From assembly GCA_963674705.1 (NCBI GenBank), contig OY771506.1, positions 2,208,001 through 2,272,000 on the forward strand: DNA of 64,000 bases, written 5' to 3'. The stretch's first letter is position 1; the number at the start of each line of letters is the position of its first letter. Below the pieces are notes generated by a model. The model had not been told where the DNA came from. It saw nothing but the letters and a program-made list of their open reading frames with translations, and searched no databases. The position numbers and the translations under genes were made by a program. This document shows positions 39,245 to 48,235 of the stretch, one piece after another. Origin of the DNA: Phycisphaeraceae bacterium. GTDB taxonomy: Bacteria > Planctomycetota > Phycisphaerae > Phycisphaerales > Phycisphaeraceae.

Positions 39245-40156
39245 TTACCGCTTCCGCACCGCCATGTAATCACATAATTCACGAAGCGGATCCGCTTTAT
39301 CGTCGAATTCCTCTAACGCATCCGCCGCCGTCGCGTGCAATCGCTCGATCTGCGCTTGCGTACCCTCAATGCCCAGCACACTCGGGTACGTCAGCTTGCC
39401 CTGCTCCGCGTCCTTCTGCGTGTTCTTGCCCAGTTCATCAGCCGTGGAAGTCACATCCAATAGATCGTCCACTGCCTGGAACATCAGCCCGATTGCCTCG
39501 GCATACCGCGTCAGCGCCGCCAGCTTCGCCGCCGTCCCGCCCCCGCATATCCCGCCCATCCGGCAGGCCGCCCGCAAAAGCGCCCCCGTCTTGTTCTTGT
39601 GGATCATTTCAAGCCGAGCAAGCAACGCCTCTTCCTCGCCATCGTCCTCAACCGGAGGCATCGCCAGCGTGTCCTGCACCTGCCCGACGATCATGTCGTT
39701 GGTCCCGATCGACAGTTCACGCATCACCTCAAGCGCCCGCTCCGCCGACTTCATCCGCGTCGTAATCAGCTCAAACGCCAGCGAAAGCATCGCGTCGCCC
39801 GCCAGCACCGCCATCGCCTCCCCCGCGTGCTTGTGCAGCGTCGGCCGACCTCGCCTTAGTTCATCATCATCCATCGCCGGCAGATCGTCATGCACCAGAC
39901 TGAACGCATGCACCATCTCCACCGCCGCCGCCGCCGGCAAAGCCTGCTCCGGCCTCCCGCCCACCGCCTCGCAGCAGCGGATCACCAGAATAGGCCGAAT
40001 CATCTTCCCCCCGCCCAGCAGCCCATACGCCACCGCCGCCTTCAGATTCTCCGGCAACGGCCGATGGCGCAGAAACGCCGTCAGATACGCCTCCACGTTA
40101 CGTGCAGGCAAGGTGATCTGCTCAATATCCAATCGATTTACATCCACTAAAGTCAT
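39245..40156 (-). CDS. ispA: Polyprenyl (farnesyl/geranylgeranyl) diphosphate synthase
   Basis: GGKMIRP, HAFSLVHDDLPAMDDDELRRGRPT, KTGAL, FQAVDDLLD, GKNTQKD, KLTYP. Confidence 0.92.
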   Translation of the reverse strand: MTLVDVNRLDIEQITLPARNVEAYLTAFLRHRPLPENLKAAVAYGLLGGGKMIRPILVIRCCEAVGGRPEQALPAAAAVEMVHAFSLVHDDLPAMDDDELRRGRPTLHKHAGEAMAVLAGDAMLSLAFELITTRMKSAERALEVMRELSIGTNDMIVGQVQDTLAMPPVEDDGEEEALLARLEMIHKNKTGALLRAACRMGGICGGGTAAKLAALTRYAEAIGLMFQAVDDLLDVTSTADELGKNTQKDAEQGKLTYPSVLGIEGTQAQIERLHATAADALEEFDDKADPLRELCDYMAVRKR

Positions 40157-40346
40157 TGTACTTTCCGCAAAGGCGAGCCGGGTATTGTACCGGATGCAGT
40201 GGGCCGGTTCTACGCCAAAGCCCGTTTCAGCCGGTTACTGGGTGATTAGTAGTGTGTTGTAAGCAGTTTAGGCAAGATAGGGGGGTGAACAGACTCAAGA
40301 AAACGCACAGATCACGCCCACTCACCACTGCCCACCCACTCTTTAA

Positions 40347-40426
40347 TGGCTGCGGAGCGTCGCTCCGCAGGCAGTCCACCCCACGCGCCCAGCAACACCC
40401 CACATAGCCCGACCATCCTGGTCGGG
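40347..40426. repeat. Two REP-like palindromes
   Basis: TGGCTGCGGAGCGTCGCTCCGCAG and TAGCCCGACCATCCTGGTCGGG. Confidence 0.55.
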
Positions 40427-40461
40427 TCAAAGCCTTGAGATCCAATAAAGCAGACTCGTGC

Positions 40462-41142
40462 TTACTGTGACTGTCTTTTGATCCGTCCCCTTCGCCAAAC
40501 CTGTATCTTGCGGATAACGAGTGTTAACAGCAGCCCCCATATATACCATTGGATGCTACCGAAAATATACAACGTCAATACCGCCCCGATATTGGTTGAA
40601 GCGGCGGTCGATAAGAATACGGCGAGAAATCCTATTGGGAAGTCAATACACGCCCATGCAAGCCATATCATCGCATCAGCATCTGCACCTGGTCCAGTAA
40701 TTTTGATTCCATGCCTTTCACAAACGATATAGAACACAGTAAATCCTATCGTTCGCAGCAATATCAAAACAACCGGTAACTTCCAGTATGCCAACAGCGG
40801 CCGATTATCATCTTCATGAGTAGCACTACCTGCTGAATTTAGATCTCTACGTGTGTCAGTATACTCAAGATCAGTACCACCACGCATTGCACATTTAACT
40901 TGAACGCGTCGCTTTTGCATCCACGTAAATAGGGCAATTGAAACAAGAATCCCGAAGAATGCTGGCAGCGTCAACAATACACACAACGCCACCAGCACAT
41001 ATGGCCACATGGAACTAGACATCATCGCATCAGCAATTGTGTTAGCAGTTATCCAGATAACTATCTGGCTAATGATGGAGATAAACATCCCACCTGATAC
41101 CGCATAGATCAAGGCCTTGATTGTTCGTCTATTTATACGCAT
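40462..41142 (-). CDS. Hypothetical AT-rich membrane protein
   Basis: 226-aa ORF with several hydrophobic segments; visibly lower GC than neighbours. Confidence 0.55.
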   Translation of the reverse strand: MRINRRTIKALIYAVSGGMFISIISQIVIWITANTIADAMMSSSMWPYVLVALCVLLTLPAFFGILVSIALFTWMQKRRVQVKCAMRGGTDLEYTDTRRDLNSAGSATHEDDNRPLLAYWKLPVVLILLRTIGFTVFYIVCERHGIKITGPGADADAMIWLAWACIDFPIGFLAVFLSTAASTNIGAVLTLYIFGSIQWYIWGLLLTLVIRKIQVWRRGRIKRQSQ

Positions 41143-41249
41143 GAAGTGATCCCCGTGAATAACTGATGCGATTAACTATCAACAGATAGATTATACACAG
41201 CAAAACAGGCCCGGACCTACAATAAAATCTCTGCCCCACACCCCAAATC

Positions 41250-42392
41250 CTACCCACCCCTCCCCACCACCTTATCAAACCCAACCCCCGTCATCGTGCT
41301 CAACCAGTCCGCGACTACCTGCGCGCCGTCATCCGGTTTAGTGTCGCGCATGATCTGGCGCATCTTTTCTAACTGGTTCTTATTACCCAGCAATGCCTTC
41401 AAAGGACCGGCCAACTGGTTCACGTTTTCGATCGGGTCGATGTAGTCCTTCTGCAAAATCGCGGCACCTGCGCTGACTAATGGTTGTGCGTTCAGCTTCT
41501 GGTGCTCATCCTTGTGATACGGATAGGGCAAAAAGATCGTCGGCACCGCGTTTGCCCATGCTTCCGCGACAGAGCCCGCGCCCGCTCGGCCGATCGCGAT
41601 CGTCGCCGCCGCCCACACCGCGCCCATCTTGTTGCAGTACGCATAAGCAAGCCCGCGCACACCCGCCTTGTCGTACGCCGCCTGCACCTTCTCCTGATCA
41701 TCAGGCCCGGTCAGGTGAATGATCTGCCAACCCTCCAGTGCCTTCCGGTGCTGCGCCCGCGTGCACAGCTCCATCATCATCTGATTGATCGATGTCGAAC
41801 CCTGCGAGCCTGCAAACACGAGGATCGTGTCGAGGTCGGGGCGCAGGCCTAAATCCCACCGTGCCTTCTCGACCTTCATTGTCCCGATCACCGACCGACG
41901 CAAAGGCATCCCGATCAACTGCGCGCGTCGTAACTGATCCGTCGGGTACGAAGTAAATACTTCCGTCGCCTTGTTTGCCGTGAACTTATTCGCCCGGCCG
42001 GGCACCGCATCCAGATTCAACATCGCGCAAGGCACACCCGCCTTCTGCGCTGCCGACACCGCAGGTCCGGAAACAAACCCGCCCGTCGACACCATCGCCT
42101 TGGCGTCCGTCCGCGCGATCAACTCCAGCACGATCTGTTCGCTCTGCTTATACGCCTGGTAAAACGCCCACAACGCCTTGGGCCGCATAATCAAAGGCAG
42201 CGCCGGCAAGGCCGTGTACTGAAGGTTCTCCTTCTGCATGATCCGCTGATCGACCGCACGGCCCGACACCAGAAAATGACACACCGCCTGCGCATCCGCC
42301 TCCCGCAACCGCTCCAGCACCGCCAGGTTCGGATAAATATGCCCCCCCGATCCCCCGCCTGCAAACAAAATGGTGCGACGCTTCTTAGCCAT
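41250..42392 (-). CDS. murG: Undecaprenyl-PP-MurNAc-pentapeptide N-acetylglucosaminyltransferase
   Basis: GGGSGGHIYP, TGGFVSGP, PGRAN, GSQGS, GRAGAGSVAE, PYP...HQKLNA. Confidence 0.92.
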   Translation of the reverse strand: MAKKRRTILFAGGGSGGHIYPNLAVLERLREADAQAVCHFLVSGRAVDQRIMQKENLQYTALPALPLIMRPKALWAFYQAYKQSEQIVLELIARTDAKAMVSTGGFVSGPAVSAAQKAGVPCAMLNLDAVPGRANKFTANKATEVFTSYPTDQLRRAQLIGMPLRRSVIGTMKVEKARWDLGLRPDLDTILVFAGSQGSTSINQMMMELCTRAQHRKALEGWQIIHLTGPDDQEKVQAAYDKAGVRGLAYAYCNKMGAVWAAATIAIGRAGAGSVAEAWANAVPTIFLPYPYHKDEHQKLNAQPLVSAGAAILQKDYIDPIENVNQLAGPLKALLGNKNQLEKMRQIMRDTKPDDGAQVVADWLSTMTGVGFDKVVGRGG

Positions 42393-42420
42393 AGGCTATC
42401 AGCATAACAATAAAGTCGGC

Positions 42421-42961
42421 TTCACCACAGAGGGCGAGGAGGAATATAAGATGGAACTCGGATGGATCGGATACAAACGGATAACAAGCTGGAAGAGGGG
42501 AAAAGGGTAATCACATGCGACCCAATGCAACGCATTCTTTATTAGCCGCGTTGCCACGCAACGCGGGCAGTCGCTTCACACGTGCTCAATTCCGGTCCCT
42601 TCTCCCCGCGCAACATATTCGATCTACGCTGTAACCGCATAAACAAGAAGGCAATTAGCCACAGATAAACACAGATGAACACAGATGAACACGGATCAGA
42701 AAAGAGCCTGTTTTGAATATCTTGATCAAAATGCTTGTTTTAGCTTTTTAAACCGTGATGAATCTGATGCTACAGAGATTCTCATGTTTTGCATCTGTGT
42801 TCATCCGTGTTCATCTGTGGCTAAACATAGTCTGGATACATGCTTCGAGCATAGATCGAATATGTTGCAAGAGGAGAGGGAGTCAACTCAACAAAATCTG
42901 TGTAATCACCGCAATCTGCGGATACTTCTTTTTCCATCCGCTTGCATCCGATGCATCCGAG
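42421..42961. repeat. Multi-layer nested inverted-repeat region
   Basis: Pairs 42457-42482/42936-42961, 42610-42626/42852-42868 (perfect 17 bp) and 42655-42696/42793-42824. Orphan arms at 42421 and 42895-42930. REP at 42543-42566. Confidence 0.9.
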
Positions 42962-43234
42962 CTACTCAACCTTCTTCCCTCGCCCCTTCATCCAATCCGC
43001 ACACAACTGAACCACCACCGCGAACACACCCAGCCCGCCGCCGAGAAGTACGCCCACCATCGCCCCCAACACCGTCGCCGTCCCCGTCGGCTCAAGCTCC
43101 GCCCAAGGCACCAGCGTCTCGAACAGCTTCGGCGCAAGTAACGCCGACACATACCCGAACACCCCAGCCAACACCATCCCGATCAACGCCGCAACTGTCA
43201 CGATCACGAACACGCTGACAATATTCAGTTTCAT
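42962..43234 (-). CDS. Small two-TM membrane protein (90 aa)
   Basis: RBS AAAGGGG, MKLNIVSVFVIV..., two Gly-rich hydrophobic helices. Confidence 0.7.
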   Translation of the reverse strand: MKLNIVSVFVIVTVAALIGMVLAGVFGYVSALLAPKLFETLVPWAELEPTGTATVLGAMVGVLLGGGLGVFAVVVQLCADWMKGRGKKVE

Positions 43235-43261
43235 CGCACACCCCTTTAAGAAACAGACTTG

Positions 43262-43529
43262 AACCACAGAGACTCAGAGACACAGAGAAATGCATTTTAA
43301 CAGGGATGAACACAGATAAACACAGATAAGAGGAAACAAGAAGTATCCGCAGATTTCGCAGACTTCACAGATTCATAAGTTAAAGCATTCTTCTTAATCT
43401 GCGCAATCGCTGTAATCTGCGGATACTACTTCTGCTTCTTTTTACCTCTTATCCGTGTTCATCTGTGTTCATCCCTGTTCCAATTCGCCTTTCTCCGCAT
43501 CCGTATGCATCCGCACCCATCCGCGTTCC
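43262..43529. repeat. Nested inverted repeats (10-nt family around CGCAGATT family) with orphan arms
   Basis: Pairs 43299-43333/43445-43479 and 43338-43373/43396-43431. Orphan arms at 43262-43287 and 43499-43529. Confidence 0.9.
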
Positions 43530-43536
43530 CGATCGA

Positions 43537-44031
43537 TCACCCCTCCGGCGGATACTCCGGCACCGCTTCCGTCTGCGCTTTGCGATACGCCAGCAGTTTC
43601 TGTTCGATCTCCTTGTCAGCTAGCGCCAAGATCGACGCCGCGAAGAGCGCCGCGTTGACCGCGCCGTGGCTGCCCATGCTCATCGTCCCGACCGGGATGC
43701 CCTTGGGCATGTTGCACGTCGAGAGTAGCGCATCCAGCCCGCCCATCAGCTTGCCATCCATCGGCACGCCGAGCACGGGCAGGTGTGTCCCCGCCGCCAT
43801 CACACCTGCAAGGTGTGCACTCATGCCCGCCGCCGCGATGATGACCTTGATCCCGCGCTCCGCAGCCGTGGTCACAAAGTCGTGTGCACGCTTGGGCGTC
43901 CGGTGCGCGGAGCAGACCTTCATCTCGTAAGGGATGCCAAGTTGATCGAGCACCGCCGAGCATTGCCGCATCGTCTGCGCATCGCTGGCACTACCCATCA
44001 CAATACCGACAAGTGGTTTATTTTCGCTCAT
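43537..44031 (-). CDS. purE: N5-carboxyaminoimidazole ribonucleotide mutase
   Basis: VGIVMGSASD, SAHRTP, IAAAGMSAHLAG, PVLGVP, GLDALLS, MPKGIPVGT. Confidence 0.97.
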   Translation of the reverse strand: MSENKPLVGIVMGSASDAQTMRQCSAVLDQLGIPYEMKVCSAHRTPKRAHDFVTTAAERGIKVIIAAAGMSAHLAGVMAAGTHLPVLGVPMDGKLMGGLDALLSTCNMPKGIPVGTMSMGSHGAVNAALFAASILALADKEIEQKLLAYRKAQTEAVPEYPPEG

Positions 44032-44171
44032 GCCTGTAAGGTATCCAACTCGGCCGGACACGTAAACACGGCCGGTTTTACAGGGAATTTTCAACATATA
44101 AAGGGCGGCCAGCAGTATGAAAGGTAAAACCCATCTTAGTCCGCAACATCCAAGCAGCCGACCGTCCCTTA

Positions 44172-44606
44172 TTGCGTGAACGCATCATCCAGTGGTGGGG
44201 CGCCGACAAGGTCGTCTCGCGCGGCAGGCTCATCGCGCCCGCCGATCTCGATGGCTGGGTCGTCATCCAGGACAATCATCTCATCGGCGCACTCACCTAC
44301 GAGTTACACGATAGCGAAGTCGAGATCGTCACCATCAACGCCGATCTGCCGGGTAAAGGTATCGGCAGCGACCTGATCAAACGCACGATCGACCACGCCC
44401 GCAACTCAGGCTGCCGTCGCGTCTGGCTCATCACCACCAACGACAACCTGAATGCTTTACGTTTCTACCAACGCCGAGGCCTGCACCTGGCCGCCATCTA
44501 CCCCAATGCCCTCGAACAATCCCGAAAACTCAAACCACAAATCCCAGAAGTTGGCAGCTTCGGCATCCCGTTGCGCGATGAGATTGAATTGGAAGTGAAA
44601 CTGTGA
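44172..44606 (+). CDS. GNAT-family N-acetyltransferase (true start probably further upstream)
   Basis: GKGIGSDL, RVWLITTNDNLNALRFYQRRG, SRKLKPQIP...GIPLRDEIELE. Confidence 0.88.
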   Translation: MRERIIQWWGADKVVSRGRLIAPADLDGWVVIQDNHLIGALTYELHDSEVEIVTINADLPGKGIGSDLIKRTIDHARNSGCRRVWLITTNDNLNALRFYQRRGLHLAAIYPNALEQSRKLKPQIPEVGSFGIPLRDEIELEVKL

Positions 44607-44646
44607 ATTTGAGAGCTAATCACGATTAATGATGCGTTTACGTCGT

Positions 44647-44778
44647 AATGACGAATAACGAATTCACGAATGACGAATCAATACCAAATGCTTCAATGTC
44701 CAATGGCTAACAACTTACGATGTTCGTCATTGGGTATTGGATATTCTTTCGTCATTCGTGAATTCGTCATTCGACATT
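44647..44778. repeat. Empty GAATG-family inverted repeat
   Basis: AATGACGAATAACGAATTCACGAATGACGAA... is complementary to ...TTCGTCATTCGTGAATTCGTCATTCGACATT, abutting the TAA of the convergent gene. Confidence 0.88.
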
Positions 44779-45614
44779 TACATCATGTCCTTCCAAGCCT
44801 CCGGCAAAACCTGCAGCCAGTACCGGCCGTGGATGCGTTCGACGAAGACCTTGCAGCCGAACGCTTCGCTTAATCGCTCCGGCGTGATGATGGATTCGCA
44901 CGGGCCCTCGGCGATGAATCGGCCTTGCTGCATCAGCATGACGCGGTGCGTGCGGGGTGAAAGTTCCTCGACGTGGTGCGTGATCATCAGCACCGCCGGC
45001 GCGTCCGGCTGATCCAGCACCTGTTCGACGGTTGCCAGCACCTGCTCGCGTCCGGATAGGTCCAGGCCGCCGGTCGGTTCATCGAGGATCAGTAGCTGCG
45101 GCACATGCACCAGCGCCCGCGCGATCAGCGCTCGCCGCTGTTCGCCGGTCGACAGCAGGCCGAAGCGGTGGTCCATCCGATGGCCTAATCCGACCAAAGT
45201 CAGCAGATGTCTGGCACGGTCGCGCTGCGTGTCCGTGTACCGATCGTAAAGCCCGACGGTTGCGAAAAACCCTGTTATCACAGCCTCAGTGGCGTTTAAG
45301 TCCGCATCGACCACCGCGCCGAAGACATGGTAACCGCCCGTGTCGGTCGTGGGATTGACCAGCCCGATGCGTCGGCGGAGCATGCGGATATCCGTGTGGC
45401 CCAGTGTTTGGCCCAGCACGGTGACCTTGCCTTCGGTCGCGAACATCTGCCCCGTCAGGCATCGCGCGAACGTTGTTTTTCCGCAGCCGTTAGGCCCTAT
45501 GATGGCGGTGTACTTGCCGCGCTCAAGCCGGCAACTGACGTTATCCAGGATCGTCGTGCCCTGGCGCGAGACTGTCAGGCCTTGGACGTTCACCGCATCA
45601 TTGTTTGGGTTCAT
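44778..45614 (-). CDS. ABC transporter ATP-binding protein (ModF/YlmA-like)
   Basis: GPNGCGKT, LSTGEQRR, LILDEPT, MITHHVEE. Confidence 0.9.
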   Translation of the reverse strand: MNPNNDAVNVQGLTVSRQGTTILDNVSCRLERGKYTAIIGPNGCGKTTFARCLTGQMFATEGKVTVLGQTLGHTDIRMLRRRIGLVNPTTDTGGYHVFGAVVDADLNATEAVITGFFATVGLYDRYTDTQRDRARHLLTLVGLGHRMDHRFGLLSTGEQRRALIARALVHVPQLLILDEPTGGLDLSGREQVLATVEQVLDQPDAPAVLMITHHVEELSPRTHRVMLMQQGRFIAEGPCESIITPERLSEAFGCKVFVERIHGRYWLQVLPEAWKDMM

Positions 45615-45664
45615 CGCGTTCACCGGCTAACATCCTACCTTGAACCGAAGCTGATGGAGTACGC

Positions 45665-46804
45665 ATGGACCTCAAGCACGAAAAGTACCTGTTAGAACTG
45701 ACCGCACTGCCCACCGCCACGGGCCACGAGGACCGTGTGATGGCCTGGGTTGAACGCTGGGCGCAGCGGAAGAAGAACGTTGAACTTACGCGCGACCGCT
45801 GGGGCAACATCATGCTCAAGCGCGTCGGCGCGCGTTCGCGCAGGCCGATCTTCTTCACCGCGCATATGGATCACCCTGCGTTTGTGGTTACCGAGCAGAT
45901 CGGTCCACGCAAGATCAAGGCCGACTTCCGCGGCGGCGTGCGGGATGAATACTTCTTTGGCTCGCGTGTCTGCCTGCACTTAGGCGACATCGGGCCATGC
46001 AAGGGCAAGGTCGTGAACCTAGTTCAACCCAAGCCGCCTGCGGTGGATAAGCAGGTCACGATCGAACTCGTTAAGCCGGTCGTCGCGGAGCCAGGAGATG
46101 TCGTGACTTGGGATTTACCTGCGCCGAAGATCACGCGCGGCCTGTTGAAAGCCCCGGCATGCGACGACCTTGCAGGTGTTGCGGCGGCGATATCGGCGTT
46201 TGAAGTGCTGCTCAAGAGCAAGAAGCGAGGTTTGGATGTGCGTGTATTACTGACGCGCGCTGAGGAGATCGGCTTCATTGGCGCGATCGGCGCTTGCAAG
46301 AGCGGGATCATCCCGAAGGGCGCGCGGTTGATCGCGTTGGAGACATCCAAGAGTTTTGCCGAGTCGCCGGTCGGTGGCGGGCCGATCGTTCGGGTCGGTG
46401 ACAAGACCAAGAGTTTTGATCCGGACCTGACGTATGCGGTGAGTCGCGTCGGGCTCGACCTTGAGCAAGAAGACAAAAACTTTAAGTGGCAACGCAAGCT
46501 CATGCCCGGCGGGACGTGCGAAGCTTCGGCCTATCAAACATACGGTTTTACCGCTACATGTTTATGCCTTGCATTGCAAAACTACCACAACATGAACGAA
46601 GGTTTTCCACCACTGCACGGGCGCACAAAACCGTCTGTGCGCAAGGCTGTGCGCATCGATTCGGAAGCGATTTCGGTCGCGGATTATCACGGCCTGGTGC
46701 GCATGCTTGTCGAGGTCGGCAAGCGCCTGGATGACAAGAAAACGTCGTTATCGTTCAAGGCCAGGCTCGATCCGCTTTTTGCGCGGCGGCGCTCGGTCCT
46801 TTGA
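45665..46804 (+). CDS. M20/M28/M42-clan metallopeptidase
   Basis: AHMDHP, ACDDLAG, RAEEIG, LETS, GGTCEA, NYHN. Confidence 0.82.
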   Translation: MDLKHEKYLLELTALPTATGHEDRVMAWVERWAQRKKNVELTRDRWGNIMLKRVGARSRRPIFFTAHMDHPAFVVTEQIGPRKIKADFRGGVRDEYFFGSRVCLHLGDIGPCKGKVVNLVQPKPPAVDKQVTIELVKPVVAEPGDVVTWDLPAPKITRGLLKAPACDDLAGVAAAISAFEVLLKSKKRGLDVRVLLTRAEEIGFIGAIGACKSGIIPKGARLIALETSKSFAESPVGGGPIVRVGDKTKSFDPDLTYAVSRVGLDLEQEDKNFKWQRKLMPGGTCEASAYQTYGFTATCLCLALQNYHNMNEGFPPLHGRTKPSVRKAVRIDSEAISVADYHGLVRMLVEVGKRLDDKKTSLSFKARLDPLFARRRSVL

Positions 46805-47392
46805 TCGCAATTTCTTTTAAACCTTAGTTATTCCATGCGGTAGAGCAAACGCTGCGTAGGCTGCGGATTCTGCGCGGCCACAGCGCGTCTGGCGAGTGTT
46901 GCGCCCGCGCATGGGCTGCGCTATCGGACGCAGGTGTTGCGCCGGGGTGGATTTCGACAGTGGGTTAATCCGTCGGGTTCCGGGCCGTTTCTGGGCAGTT
47001 TAAGAAAATTATTAATCGCAGTAATAGCGTTATTTACACGGATCCGGGATGTCTATGCGCGCACGCATTTTCAACGTCTGGCATGCGTGGCACTGGCGTT
47101 GCGACTGACCGTCGGGGCGGCGTGCCGTTACGCCGCGCTTCGGTGAGTAGTTTGAGTAGGAAGTATTGAAGATGCGTGAACAAGTCTGGTTGCCACTGAT
47201 CCGCAGCTCGGAATCGACGTCGATCGGCGAGGCGATCCTCCGCTTGGCGTCGCTGGCCGAGGCCGCGCATCTGCAACAGACATCCGAAGCTTACTTGGCG
47301 GATCAATCGAGCGAAGTGGGGTCCGACGGACCGGCCCCGCGGGACGTAGTCGCTGCCGACACCGGCGGCCGGTTGCACAAGGAGGTGGACCG

Positions 47393-48175
47393 ATGAACTA
47401 CGGCCTGTACTTGTCCGCTTCCGGCGTTCTGACCAATACATATCGTCAGGACGTCTTTGCCAACAACCTGGCGAACGTCGAGACGAACGGGTTCAAGCCC
47501 GACGTGCCGATGTTGCGCCAGCGAGATGCCGAGTCTGTGGAAGATCAACTCGGTTTTGATGTATCCAATGAGATCATGGACAAGCTTGGCGGCGGGGTGC
47601 TGGCGGCGAAGCAGCGCATCAACTTCGCACCGGGTTCACTCAAAGCCACGGGTAACCCACTGGATGTCGCGCTGATCGAGAAGAACCAGTTTTTTGCGGT
47701 GCAAGAGGTGGATGCTTCGGGTCAGGTGTCGGTCGCGCTGACGCGCAACGGGCAGTTCGCGCGTAACGATGCGGGCGAGTTGGTAACAATGACCGGCAAG
47801 CGAGTGCTTGATAACAGCGATCAACCGATCGTGATCGAAGGCCCGGGTAAACCCACGATCGATAGCGCGGGCAACGTTCAGATCAACGGCCAGCCTATCG
47901 CGCAGCTGCAAGTCACAAGCGTGACGGATCTGGACGGCCTGCAGAAGCGGGGCGAGGGGCTTTTTACATTTAAAGGTGAAGACACCCGCCAACCGGTCAA
48001 CGCTGAAACGATCGATCTGAAGCAGGGCTACCTTGAATCCAGCGGGACGAATCCGATCACGGCAATGATGAACGTCGTTGCTGCCAGCAAGGCGGTCACG
48101 AGCAACGCGAACATGATCCGTTACCACGACCAGGTGCTTGACCGTGCGGTCAACACGTTGGGACGGGTTTCTTAA
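47393..48175 (+). CDS. flgF: Flagellar basal-body rod protein FlgF
   Basis: ANNLANVETNGFK, TGNPLDVAL, TRNGQF, GYLESS; precedes flgG. Confidence 0.85.
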   Translation: MNYGLYLSASGVLTNTYRQDVFANNLANVETNGFKPDVPMLRQRDAESVEDQLGFDVSNEIMDKLGGGVLAAKQRINFAPGSLKATGNPLDVALIEKNQFFAVQEVDASGQVSVALTRNGQFARNDAGELVTMTGKRVLDNSDQPIVIEGPGKPTIDSAGNVQINGQPIAQLQVTSVTDLDGLQKRGEGLFTFKGEDTRQPVNAETIDLKQGYLESSGTNPITAMMNVVAASKAVTSNANMIRYHDQVLDRAVNTLGRVS

Positions 48176-48235
48176 CGGATAACGGATAGTGAGAAACACA
48201 CCGGCTGATATAGCCGGCAACACGACGAGGTAACC

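Noticed and set aside
42685..43218. + strand ORFs beginning MNTDQK and similar repeat-derived ORFs (e.g. 5974-6189, 44670-44873, 43455-43658)
   Set aside because: Translations of repeat arms or antisense to better-supported genes; no family motifs.
47166..47396. 76-aa ORF overlapping the flgF start
   Set aside because: No recognisable motif or clear RBS; cannot be supported from sequence alone.
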